A DNA stretch of 64,000 nucleotides from Pirellulales bacterium (GTDB taxonomy: Bacteria; Planctomycetota; Planctomycetia; Pirellulales; JAICIG01): positions 32,001-96,000 of the forward strand of contig JBBDYJ010000016.1 in assembly GCA_040901675.1 (NCBI GenBank). The letters are read 5' to 3'. The translations under genes were made by a program, and so were the position numbers. Positions 28,886 to 37,604 of the stretch are shown one piece after another. The notes under the pieces are model-generated. The model did not search any database, was not told the DNA's origin, and saw nothing but the letters and a program-made list of their open reading frames with translations. How positions within the stretch are numbered: position 1 is the first letter of the stretch; each line of letters opens with the position of its first letter.

Positions 28886-29569
28886 ATGGCACGGCCGACG
28901 GGAATTGCCTGTTCGACCTCGCTTTGGTCGGCCGACCTGGCCAACCTCGAAGCGGAGATCAAACGGGTGGAGCCGTACTCCGAGCGGTTCCATCTGGACG
29001 TCGCCGACGGGCACTACGTCCCGAACCTGCTCTTTTTTCCGGACCTGGTCAAGGCGCTTCGGCCGCATAGCCGGCTGCCGTTCGAAGTGCACCTGATGAC
29101 GATGCGGCCGCTCGATTGGATCGAACCGTTCGTCGAAGCGGGGGCCGACTGCTTTATCCTCTGCTTCGATACGCTGGGGGCCCCGGCCGCCGCCATTGAT
29201 CGGGTCCGCTCCTACGACAAGCAGGTCGGCTTCTCGCTGTTGATCGGTGAGCCGGTGGAGGCGGCCGAGCCGTACCTCGATCAATTGGATGTGCTGACGC
29301 TGATCGGCACGGCCATGGGCATCAAGGGCGCCTCGATGCACGCCAGCCTGCCGGCGAAAATCGGCCGAGCGCGGGAGCTGATCGCCAAGCTGGGGGCGCC
29401 GGCGCTGGTGGAGGCCGACGGCGGCATCCGTCGCGAGACAGTTCCGCTCATGGCCGAAGCCGGCGTGGACATGATCGTGCCCGGTTCCCTGATGTTCCAA
29501 GAGGATCCGCCACGGATGCGGCAGTGGCTGGCGGGCCTGCCGCGCGGCGGAGGAGGCGCGTCGACATGA
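28886..29569 (+). CDS. Ribulose-phosphate 3-epimerase family protein (divergent)
   Basis: SLWSADL, HLDVADGHYVPNL, EVHLM, EADGGI; GGAGG RBS. Confidence 0.85.
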   Translation: MARPTGIACSTSLWSADLANLEAEIKRVEPYSERFHLDVADGHYVPNLLFFPDLVKALRPHSRLPFEVHLMTMRPLDWIEPFVEAGADCFILCFDTLGAPAAAIDRVRSYDKQVGFSLLIGEPVEAAEPYLDQLDVLTLIGTAMGIKGASMHASLPAKIGRARELIAKLGAPALVEADGGIRRETVPLMAEAGVDMIVPGSLMFQEDPPRMRQWLAGLPRGGGGAST

Positions 29570-30906
29570 GCCGATCGCGTCAGGCCGAGCTGGAGCAGGC
29601 GCTGGCCGACGTGCCGGTGCTCGACGTACACACGCACCTGGTCGGGGGGCGCCTGGGGGCCCGCGGGCTGGAAGATATCCTGCTCTACCACATGGTCGTG
29701 AGCGACCTGTACGCGGCCGGCTGCCCGGCGGGCGCCCGGCTGACGCAATACCCCGCCTGGCCGTCGCGCGAAGAAGCACGCGGGCGGATTGCCGAGGCGC
29801 TTGGTTTTCTCAAGCACATCCGCAACACCAGCTCGTATTGGTGCCTGCAGACGATCGTGCGGGACCTTTACGATTGGCACGAGCCGATCACCGACGACAA
29901 CTGGCCCAAGCTCGACGCCGCGGTCCGCGAGCGGGCCGACGACCGCGGCTGGCATCATGGCATCCTCGACCGGCTCAACATTCACCGCACGGGAACCGAG
30001 ATCGCCCGCAGGGAAGCCGGACAGGACGACGAGCGCCTGCAGTACTCGCTGGAATGGGGTTTCTTCACGCGCTGCCAGTGGGGCGAGTTCGACACGGCCC
30101 TCTACGAGCTGGAACGGTGCTGGGGCCGAAAGCCGGAAAGCCCGTCACCGATCGCCGGCGGCGGCCGCCCGGCGACCGAACGGACAATCCGCGGCCTCGA
30201 CGGCGTACGCGCGGCGGTCAAGCACTACGTCGACAGCATTCCCTACGACCAGGTGTTGTCGACGGCCACCCACATCTCCACCGACATCCATTACCGGCTG
30301 GTGACCGACGACCAGATGACCGCCGCCCTGGAGCGCCGCACGCGCGCCGGGCCGGCCGAGCGCGACATCTACGCTTCGTATGTCCACGAAATGTTCTTGA
30401 CCGGGCTGGAAGAGCAGGCCAAACCGATCGTGTTCGTGTTCAGCCTGGGGGCCGAGCCTCTGCCTTACGAGACGGCGGCGCGGCTCTCGCAGCGGACGAT
30501 CGCCGAGCTGGCCGAGATGATCGGGCGGCACCCGCGGTTGAGCTTCCAGTGCATGCTGGCCAGCCGGCACGCCAACCAGTCGCTGGCCACGCTGGCCCGC
30601 GAGCTGCCAAACCTGAGCCTGGCGGGATACTGGTGGCACAATTTCTTTCCCAGCGCCATCCGCCAGGTGATCTCGGAACGGCTGGACATGCTGCCGGTGA
30701 ACAAGCAGATCGGTTTTCTCTCGGACGCGTACTGCGTGGAGTGGACATACGCCAAGGCACTGCTGGTCCGCAAGCAGTTGGCGCACGTGCTGGCCGGCAA
30801 GATCGAACAGGGGCAATACAGCCAGGCCGACGCGCTGTCGATTGCCCGATCGATCCTCTACGAGAGTCCGCAAACCCTGCTGGGCATGGTGCCCAGGACG
30901 ATGTAG
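29566..30906 (+). CDS. Amidohydrolase-fold, uronate isomerase-like protein
   Basis: DVHTHL metal motif, YWWHN, FLSDAY, C-terminal A..IA..IL; start overlaps the upstream stop. Confidence 0.7.
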   Translation: MSRSRQAELEQALADVPVLDVHTHLVGGRLGARGLEDILLYHMVVSDLYAAGCPAGARLTQYPAWPSREEARGRIAEALGFLKHIRNTSSYWCLQTIVRDLYDWHEPITDDNWPKLDAAVRERADDRGWHHGILDRLNIHRTGTEIARREAGQDDERLQYSLEWGFFTRCQWGEFDTALYELERCWGRKPESPSPIAGGGRPATERTIRGLDGVRAAVKHYVDSIPYDQVLSTATHISTDIHYRLVTDDQMTAALERRTRAGPAERDIYASYVHEMFLTGLEEQAKPIVFVFSLGAEPLPYETAARLSQRTIAELAEMIGRHPRLSFQCMLASRHANQSLATLARELPNLSLAGYWWHNFFPSAIRQVISERLDMLPVNKQIGFLSDAYCVEWTYAKALLVRKQLAHVLAGKIEQGQYSQADALSIARSILYESPQTLLGMVPRTM

Positions 30907-30990
30907 TGGAAAACGCCGCGGCTCCGGCCGGTACAGGGCGAATCGTTGTCGCTGCCCAGTCCTCGTTTGGTTTTAAAAGAGAGGCGCAAC

Positions 30991-32223
30991 ATGCACAGAC
31001 CGTCCGCAATATCCGCGCTTTTGCTGATTGCCTTCTTGCCGCGCCCGCATTGCCGGGCGGATGAGCCTGCCCAGCCGAGCCAGCGAAAAACCGTGGCGGC
31101 CGTGGCGACCGTCTGGCACACCAACTCCCACGCCGATGTGATTGTAGGCCGGTTGTTGGAGGGAAGGGCGTTGGACGGCCGCGTGGACGAATCGGCGCCG
31201 CGGCTGGTTTCGTTGTATCTCGACCAGGTGCCGGCCCACGATATCGGCCGGAAGCTGGCCGAGCGGCATCAGGTGCCAATCCACCGAACCGTGGCGGAGG
31301 CCTTGACGCTGGGCACCGGCAAGCTGGCGGTCGACGCGGTGCTGCTGGTGGCGGAGCACGGCGATTATCCGGCCTCCGCGACCGGCCAGATCCAGTACCC
31401 CAAGCGGCGGCTGTTCGCCGAAATCGCCGAGGTGTTCGCAGCCAGCGGCCGCTCCGTCCCCGTGTTCGTCGACAAGCACCTGGCGGACAACTGGGAGGAC
31501 GCCAAATGGATCTACGACACGGCCAAGCGGTTGGACGCACCGTTGATGGCCGGGTCGTCGTTGCCGGGGCTATGGCGGTACCCGCCGGTCGACGTCGAGC
31601 GTGGGGCGAAGCTGGACCAGATCGTGGCCGTCTCGTACCACACGCTGGACGCCTATGGCTTTCACGCGCTGGAGATGGTCCAGGCGCTGGCCGAGCGGCG
31701 GCAGGGAAGCGAAACGGGAATCCGGCGGGTGCAATGCTTGGAAGGCGACGCGGTCTGGGAGGCGGGGCGGCAAGGCAAGTACGACCAGGGTCTGCTCCAG
31801 GCGGCCCTGGCCCGGTTGCGTAACCGCCAGGGCGGCGAGGCGGAGTTGTCGGCCGTGGTCCCCGAGCCGGTGCTGTTCAGCATCGAGTACGCCGACGGCC
31901 TGGAGGCGCACGTGCTGACGCTCAACGGCGCGGTGGGGGAGTGGTCGGTCGCCTGGCGCTACGGGGACGGCCGGGTCGATTCGACGTTGTTTTGGACGCA
32001 GGAAGAGCGGCCCTTTATGCACTTCGCCTACCTGGTCGACGGCATCCAGCAGATGTTCGAGACCGGCAAGCCGACCTGGCCTGCCGAGCGGACGCTGCTC
32101 ACATCCGGAGCGCTCGATGCCCTGTTGATCTCGAAACAGCAGGGCGGCCGGGCGCTCGACACGCCGCAACTGATGTTCGGGTATGAATCGCAGTGGCAAT
32201 GGCGTCAGCCGCCGGAGCCATAG
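30991..32223 (+). CDS. Exported Gfo/Idh/MocA-like hypothetical oxidoreductase
   Basis: Signal-peptide-like start, AVLLVAEHGDYP, PVFVDKHL, MAGSSLP, YGFHALE. Confidence 0.7.
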   Translation: MHRPSAISALLLIAFLPRPHCRADEPAQPSQRKTVAAVATVWHTNSHADVIVGRLLEGRALDGRVDESAPRLVSLYLDQVPAHDIGRKLAERHQVPIHRTVAEALTLGTGKLAVDAVLLVAEHGDYPASATGQIQYPKRRLFAEIAEVFAASGRSVPVFVDKHLADNWEDAKWIYDTAKRLDAPLMAGSSLPGLWRYPPVDVERGAKLDQIVAVSYHTLDAYGFHALEMVQALAERRQGSETGIRRVQCLEGDAVWEAGRQGKYDQGLLQAALARLRNRQGGEAELSAVVPEPVLFSIEYADGLEAHVLTLNGAVGEWSVAWRYGDGRVDSTLFWTQEERPFMHFAYLVDGIQQMFETGKPTWPAERTLLTSGALDALLISKQQGGRALDTPQLMFGYESQWQWRQPPEP

Positions 32224-32244
32224 GCAAAGGAGGAAGGAGGAAGC

Positions 32245-32353
32245 GTTCGTAGTGACCCCATTTATGGGGTCTTAAGCGCACGGCAGGCGGACATGGCGAC
32301 CGACGGCCTGAAAGTTGAACCCCCAAGACCCCATAAATGGGGTCACTACGAAC
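32245..32353. repeat. Perfect 29-bp inverted repeat pair of a second GTAG-REP family (REPIN-like)
   Basis: GTTCGTAGTGACCCCATTTATGGGGTCTT (32245-32273) and its exact reverse complement (32325-32353). Confidence 0.9.
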
Positions 32354-32366
32354 CTGCATTTTTCGC

Positions 32367-32395
32367 TTGCATGTTTTGAATCCGGTGGGCAGAAT
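32367..32395 (+). promoter_or_regulatory. Candidate sigma70 promoter for the leader/DAHP synthase transcript
   Basis: TTGCAT-17nt-CAGAAT, with 7 nt between the -10 and the leader ATG. Confidence 0.55.
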
Positions 32396-32402
32396 GGTAG
32401 CC

Positions 32403-32480
32403 ATGACCCACAGCGGCACCAGCTTCCGGTTTTGGTTTTACTTTACCCCGTCGGGTCGCGGGGCTGGAGGAGGTCGTTAG
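32403..32480 (+). CDS. Aromatic amino acid leader peptide MTHSGTSFRFWFYFTPSGRGAGGGR (25 aa)
   Basis: 6 of 7 consecutive codons are Phe/Trp/Tyr; sits directly upstream of a terminator and the DAHP synthase gene. Confidence 0.85.
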   Translation: MTHSGTSFRFWFYFTPSGRGAGGGR

Positions 32481-32511
32481 CTAAGCAACCTCAACCAGGC
32501 GACAAGCATGC

Positions 32512-32548
32512 AAAGCCCCGGACCCCTAAGGTTCCCGGGGCTTTTTTT
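32512..32548 (+). terminator. Attenuator terminator of the DAHP synthase leader
   Basis: AAAGCCCCGG...CCGGGGC followed by T7, 35 nt before the GTG start. Confidence 0.88.
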
Positions 32549-32583
32549 GTTCTTTCTACGAGGCAACCGAAGGAGCCCCAGTC

Positions 32584-33597
32584 GTGATCGTCGTCATGAA
32601 ACGCAACGTAACCGAGGCGGAGGTCGAACATATGGTGCAGCGAGTCGAAGGGCTGGGCCTGCGGGCCCACGTGCTGCGCGGCGTCGAGCGGACGGTGATC
32701 GCGGCCATCGGCGCCGAACGCGACGGATTGAAAGAATCGCTGGAGGCCGGCACCGGAGTGGCCGAAGTGCTGCCCATCCTCGCGCCCTACAAGATCGCCA
32801 GCCGCGAGGTCAAGGCCGAGCCCACCGTCGTCCAGGCCCGGGGGCTGCGGGTGGGAGGCAACACGGTAGGAATCATCGCCGGGCCCTGCTCGGTCGAAAG
32901 CGAAACCCAGATCCTCGCCTGCGCTCGAGCCGTCAAGGCAGCGGGGGCCACGGCCTTGCGGGGCGGGGCCTTCAAGCCGCGGACCAGTCCCTACAGTTTC
33001 CAAGGGCTCAAGGAAGACGGGCTGAAGCTGCTGGCGGCGGCCCGCGAAATGACCGGCCTGGCGATTGTGACCGAGGTGTTGGCGACCGAGGACCTGCCGC
33101 TGGTGACCCGCTATGCCGACGTGCTGCAAATCGGCGCGCGGAACATGCAGAACTACCGGCTGCTGGAGGCCGTCGGCAAGTCGAAGCTGCCGGTGCTCTT
33201 GAAGCGCGGCCCCAGCGCCACGATGGAAGAACTGCTGCTGGCGGCCGAGTACATCCTCGACGGGGGCAACCCGAACGTGATGCTGTGCGAGCGGGGCATC
33301 CGCACGTTCGAGTCGCACACGCGGTTCACCCTGCCGCTGGCCTCGGTGCCTTACCTGCACGCCAAGACGCACTTGCCGGTGGTTGTCGATCCCAGTCACG
33401 GCACCGGGCACACCTACCTGGTGCCGCAGATGGCCGCCGCCAGCGTCGCGGCCGGGGCCGACGGGCTGATCCTCGAAATGCACCCCGACCCGGAGAACGC
33501 GCTGAGCGACGGCTACCAGTCGCTCAACCTCCAGCAGTTCGACCAGACGATGCGGCTTTGCCGTACTGTGGCCGAGGCGCTCGGCAAGCAGATGTAA
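32584..33597 (+). CDS. aroF: DAHP synthase, type I-beta with N-terminal regulatory domain
   Basis: [66 protein letters not shown]. Confidence 0.95.
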   Translation: MIVVMKRNVTEAEVEHMVQRVEGLGLRAHVLRGVERTVIAAIGAERDGLKESLEAGTGVAEVLPILAPYKIASREVKAEPTVVQARGLRVGGNTVGIIAGPCSVESETQILACARAVKAAGATALRGGAFKPRTSPYSFQGLKEDGLKLLAAAREMTGLAIVTEVLATEDLPLVTRYADVLQIGARNMQNYRLLEAVGKSKLPVLLKRGPSATMEELLLAAEYILDGGNPNVMLCERGIRTFESHTRFTLPLASVPYLHAKTHLPVVVDPSHGTGHTYLVPQMAAASVAAGADGLILEMHPDPENALSDGYQSLNLQQFDQTMRLCRTVAEALGKQM

Positions 33598-33601
33598 GCT
33601 C

Positions 33602-33648
33602 GTAGTGACCCGGCTCGACTGAGCTCGCCGAAGTCCATTCATGGGGTC
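33602..33648 (+). repeat. REP copy interrupted by a 24-bp insertion
   Basis: GTAGTGACCC [GGCTCGACTGAGCTCGCCGAAGTC] CATTCATGGGGTC versus intact GTAGTGACCCCATTTATGGGGTC at 32249. Confidence 0.8.
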
Positions 33649-34364
33649 TATTCGCTCTGAATCAGGGCGCGATAAGGCACCGTCGGCCCGGCGCTTTCGG
33701 TACTGCGCGACCGTGGCGCACGCGTGTACGAGACGAGCTGCCCTTCCTGGCGCACGCGCTCGATCAGGGCATCCAGCTCATCGACGCGGCCCCACCGCTG
33801 GTTCAGCAACGCTCCGTCGACGGTGGCCGACAAATCGACTTCGCCGGTCGTGCCGGGGCGGCGGTTGAAGTAGCCGGCCTCAAACAGGCCGGCCAGCACG
33901 CGGTCGAGATCGCTCCGCGGGATGTCCAGGGCCCAGGCCTCCTCGACGCCATCGGCCCATTGAACGCCGGGCAAAGTGTTTCGGGCCACCCGGTCGGCCG
34001 CCGCCATCCAGCGCCGCCAGGCCGAAGTGCCGTCGGCGGCCGGCTCGGGGGCGGCCGACTCGAACACGACTTCGGCCAGGGCCAGACCGGCGAGCCCGCG
34101 GGGGTGCGGATACTGGATCGAAAGCCGCCGAGCCGGTGCCTGGCTCACGGGCGGCGGCGCCTGAAACGAGACCTGGTAGCCGGCGGCATTCGATGGGTTG
34201 ACCCCGCCCGCATCAACCTGGTAGCTGACCAGGGCCGAACGGTAAAGGCCGTCCGATTCGACCACGTCCGGATGGATCTCAGCTTCGCGCGGCTTGAAAC
34301 CGGCGCAACCCGCCAGCGCCGAGGCCAGACAGATGCAGGCTGCAAGGGCCGGGCCGCGGGTCAC
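33648..34364 (-). CDS. Putative lipoprotein
   Basis: GTG start overlapping the cupin stop; hydrophobic leader ending in the lipobox LAGC. Confidence 0.7.
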   Translation of the reverse strand: MTRGPALAACICLASALAGCAGFKPREAEIHPDVVESDGLYRSALVSYQVDAGGVNPSNAAGYQVSFQAPPPVSQAPARRLSIQYPHPRGLAGLALAEVVFESAAPEPAADGTSAWRRWMAAADRVARNTLPGVQWADGVEEAWALDIPRSDLDRVLAGLFEAGYFNRRPGTTGEVDLSATVDGALLNQRWGRVDELDALIERVRQEGQLVSYTRAPRSRSTESAGPTVPYRALIQSE

Positions 34365-34690
34365 CGGTAGTCCTCTCGAATCGGGTAAAAGGCGTCCAAG
34401 GCCCGCACCGGCTGGTCTCCGGCGATGACCTTGTGGGGCACGCCGCCAGGTATCCGCCACATCGTGCCGGGGCCGACGATTCGCGACTCGCCGCCGACGA
34501 TGAACTCGGCCTGCCCTTCGAGCATCAGTCCCATCTGCTCGTGCGGGTGGCTGTGCTCCTCGACGACGGCATGGGGTTCGAACTCCACGAGCGACAACAT
34601 CATCGAGTTGCCGTGCGTGGTATAGATGTCGACGCCCGGAAAGATGCGGTGGTGCGAACAGTCTTTCTTATCGACGAAAAAACCGAACAT
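34361..34690 (-). CDS. Cupin domain protein
   Basis: HSHPHEQ...G...IPGGVPH metal-binding motifs. Confidence 0.9.
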   Translation of the reverse strand: MFGFFVDKKDCSHHRIFPGVDIYTTHGNSMMLSLVEFEPHAVVEEHSHPHEQMGLMLEGQAEFIVGGESRIVGPGTMWRIPGGVPHKVIAGDQPVRALDAFYPIREDYR

Positions 34691-34704
34691 CTTGAAGGGT
34701 CCTC

Positions 34705-36039
34705 CTAATCCGCGCAGGTTGCCAGGTGCTCCTCGATTGCCAGCAGGCGGTTGTACTTGGCCAGCCGCTCGCTGCGCTGGATCGAGCCGATCTTGATGAA
34801 CTCCGCCGCGGTGGCAACCGCCAGGTCGGCGATGGTGACGTCTTCGGTTTCGCCGCTCCGCGCCGACACGATGCAGCCATACCCGGCCGTGCGGGCCAGC
34901 CGCATGGTCTGAAGGGTTTCGCTCAGCGTCCCGATCTGGTTCAGCTTCACCAGCACGCTGTTGGCAACCCCCGACTCAATCGCGCGCCGCACACGATCGG
35001 GGTTGGTCGCCAACAGGTCGTCGCCCACCAGCCGCACGCGGCCGCCCAGCCGGCTGGTGAGCCGCCGCCAGCCGTCCCAGTCGTCTTCGGCCAGGCCGTC
35101 CTCGATGAGCGTGATCGGGAACTCGTCGACCAGCGCTTGCAATCGATCGATAAGCTGGTCGCTATCGAGCCGGACCGGGTCGCTATCGGGGCGGACTGGG
35201 CCCTCGGCCCGCAACCGGTAGTGCGAGCCGTCGAAAAAATGGCTGCTGGCCACGTCCAGTGCGATCGTCACGTCGTCGAGCGGCCGCAGCCCGGCGGCCT
35301 CGATGGCTGTCACCAGAAAGGCCGCGGCCTGGCGGTTGTCCGGCAGGCGCGGGCCGTAGCCCCCCTCGTCACCCACCAGCCGCCCTTCGAAACCGGCCTC
35401 CGTCAGCAAGCGCCCCAGCCGGCGGTGGATGCGGACAATCCACTCCAGGCCGACACTGTAGCTTACCGCGCCGACCGGCATGATCAGGAAGTCCTGGAAG
35501 TCGAGATTGCCGCCGGCGTGCAGGCCGCCCGAGATCATGTTGGTCATCGGCATGGGCAAGCGCGGCGCCATGTCTTTATCGAAGGTCGCGTCGGCGGGCG
35601 CGCCGCCGGTGGTCCCCGCTTGGCGCCACAAGTCGTTGAGATGGCGGAACAGCGGCAGTCCCCCGGCGGCCGCGGCCGCGTGTGCGGCGGCCAGCGAAAC
35701 ACCGAGCAGGGCATTGGCTCCCAGGCGGCTTTTATCAGGCGTGCCATCGAGCTGGCAGAGCCGCTGGTCGAGCTCGGACTGCCGGCACGGATCGAAGCCG
35801 AGCAGGGCGGGCGCGATCTGGTCGTTGACATTGGCCACAGCGGCCAGCACGCCGCGGCCGTCGTAGCGTGCGGGGTCGCCGTCGCGCAGCTCGCGTGCTT
35901 CGGCGCGGCCGGTGCTGGCGCCGGCGGGCACGATCGCCCGGCCCATCGCGCCCGAGCTGCAATGGATCTCGACCTCGACGGTCGGATCGCCGCGGCTGTC
36001 GAGCACCTCGCGGGCATGGATGCGTGAAATCGTCGGCAT
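34705..36039 (-). CDS. eno: Enolase family protein (divergent paralogue)
   Basis: DSRGDPTVE, GASTG, LGANA, GDEGG, VGDDL, VKLNQIG, RSERLAKYN; several canonical residues substituted. Confidence 0.85.
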   Translation of the reverse strand: MPTISRIHAREVLDSRGDPTVEVEIHCSSGAMGRAIVPAGASTGRAEARELRDGDPARYDGRGVLAAVANVNDQIAPALLGFDPCRQSELDQRLCQLDGTPDKSRLGANALLGVSLAAAHAAAAAGGLPLFRHLNDLWRQAGTTGGAPADATFDKDMAPRLPMPMTNMISGGLHAGGNLDFQDFLIMPVGAVSYSVGLEWIVRIHRRLGRLLTEAGFEGRLVGDEGGYGPRLPDNRQAAAFLVTAIEAAGLRPLDDVTIALDVASSHFFDGSHYRLRAEGPVRPDSDPVRLDSDQLIDRLQALVDEFPITLIEDGLAEDDWDGWRRLTSRLGGRVRLVGDDLLATNPDRVRRAIESGVANSVLVKLNQIGTLSETLQTMRLARTAGYGCIVSARSGETEDVTIADLAVATAAEFIKIGSIQRSERLAKYNRLLAIEEHLATCAD

Positions 36040-36087
36040 GCGCAGAGATTACCCGACCGCCGGCCCCAAGGGGAGTGCCGTGTCTGT

Positions 36088-36140
36088 CTACCCCACCGCG
36101 CGCGGCCGGCTGTCCAAGCTCGCCAGCGCCTCGCCAACGC
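36088..36140 (-). pseudogene. Degenerate duplicate of the last ~17 codons and stop of the kinase gene
   Basis: Aligns without gaps to 36469-36521 with 8 mismatches over 53 nt (SVGEALASLDSRPRAVG* versus RVGEVLAALDSRLRAVG*). Confidence 0.7.
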
Positions 36141-36392
36141 TGCCGGCCGGGCTTGTCGGGGGCATCAGCCCCGTAGCCCGCGAAGCGCTCCGGCAGTATT
36201 GCGCCACCACTCCGCCCCGAAGGGGCAACGACAGATCAGCCCGCGGGCAGAGCGGAGCGGCGCTAGCCGCGCAGCGCCGCCCCGGGAACGCCGCCCGTTC
36301 ACCCATATTCCGTCCCAGCCCTGAAAGGGCGAAACAGACGGACGGTCCGTCCGATTCGGTTCACGCGTTGACAAAGATGGCGCCTCATCACC

Positions 36393-36458
36393 CCCTCGCC
36401 TTGTCCCCTTGTCGCCTTGTCGCCGTGTCGTCTTGTCGCCTTCTCGCCTCATCGCCCC
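36393..36458. repeat. Degenerate 8-bp microsatellite (CCTTGTCG)n
   Basis: CTCGCCTTGTCCCCTTGTCGCCTTGTCGCCGTGTCGTCTTGTCGCCTTCTCGCC. Confidence 0.75.
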
Positions 36459-36468
36459 ATCCTCCTCT

Positions 36469-37536
36469 CTACCCCACCGCGCGCAGCCGGCTGTCGAGCG
36501 CCGCGAGCACCTCGCCAACGCGGTCCGCCGAGCGCTCGAACAGCTCGCGGCAAAACGCGCGGACGGTGTCGCGGCTTGACGGATCGGTCAGATAATCGAC
36601 CTGGCTGGTGCCGTCGAGACGGGCCCAGGCGCAGCCGGCCAGGTTCTGAACGGCCCGGGCCTCAAGGGCCTGCCGTTCGGCCGGATCGATGGCCGCCATG
36701 CCGGCCTGGTAGCAACTCCAAAACCGCTCCGCCAGGGCCAGCATCCCGGCCTGCCGAGGCGCGTGATAGGCGGCCTTGAGCACCAGATGACTGAGGAAAA
36801 AACCGAGGTCAAAGGCGGGATCGCCAAAGTGGCCCGTTTCGAAGTCGACCAACAAGAGGCCTCCCTCGAAAACCAGCAGGTTCTTGGGACTGAAATCGGC
36901 GTGGACCAACGAGCGGCGGTGCTCGGCCACCGAGCTGATCAACCGCTCGAACCACGCCGCGGACTCGGGACGCCGGCGGGCCACCGAGCGGTAATACGGG
37001 TCGATCCGCAACTGTTCGAACCCTCTGCGGTCATCGAACCGCTGTTGAATGCCCGGCACCAGCCACGAGGCCGAGTGCAAGCGCGAGAGCAGACGGCCGC
37101 AGGCGGCGGCAATCGCGGGATCGAACCGGCCGGCCAAAAGGTCGGCCTTCCAGACCCGGTGCTCAAGCGGGGCGGCCGTCATGGCGAAGGCGTAATTGTC
37201 GCGGTCCTGGTAAAGGACTCGCGGGGTGAGAATCTTCAGTTCGCTGGAGGCAGCGCCCTCAGCGGCAGGCGGGCCGATCAGCTCGGCACAAACGTCCAGG
37301 ACATCGATCTCGCGCCAGATTCGTTCGATGCTGGCGAACCACGGATCGGGCGTGCGCAGTTGAGCGCGGACCTGCTTGAGCACGAAATCGCTGCCGGGCC
37401 GCTCGGGGCGCGCCACGTAGAGCACCTGGTTCGAGACGCCGCCGGCCAGCGGCCTGATGTGAACGGGCTCGCGGCCGTCGATCCAGCCACGGTCGCGCAG
37501 GTATTGCTCGGCGTTGTGCGGTTCGATGAGGAACAT
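36469..37536 (-). CDS. Aminoglycoside/methylthioribose kinase-like phosphotransferase
   Basis: LAGGVSN, VLKQ, LRIDPYY, LVHADFSPKN, VDFETGHFGDPAFDLGF. Confidence 0.88.
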   Translation of the reverse strand: MFLIEPHNAEQYLRDRGWIDGREPVHIRPLAGGVSNQVLYVARPERPGSDFVLKQVRAQLRTPDPWFASIERIWREIDVLDVCAELIGPPAAEGAASSELKILTPRVLYQDRDNYAFAMTAAPLEHRVWKADLLAGRFDPAIAAACGRLLSRLHSASWLVPGIQQRFDDRRGFEQLRIDPYYRSVARRRPESAAWFERLISSVAEHRRSLVHADFSPKNLLVFEGGLLLVDFETGHFGDPAFDLGFFLSHLVLKAAYHAPRQAGMLALAERFWSCYQAGMAAIDPAERQALEARAVQNLAGCAWARLDGTSQVDYLTDPSSRDTVRAFCRELFERSADRVGEVLAALDSRLRAVG

Positions 37537-37604
37537 GCTCTGCGGAGAAAGCGGCCGCCGCCTCACTCACCGCGCTCGTCCAGCGCCTGGCACGCGCCCG
37601 GCAC

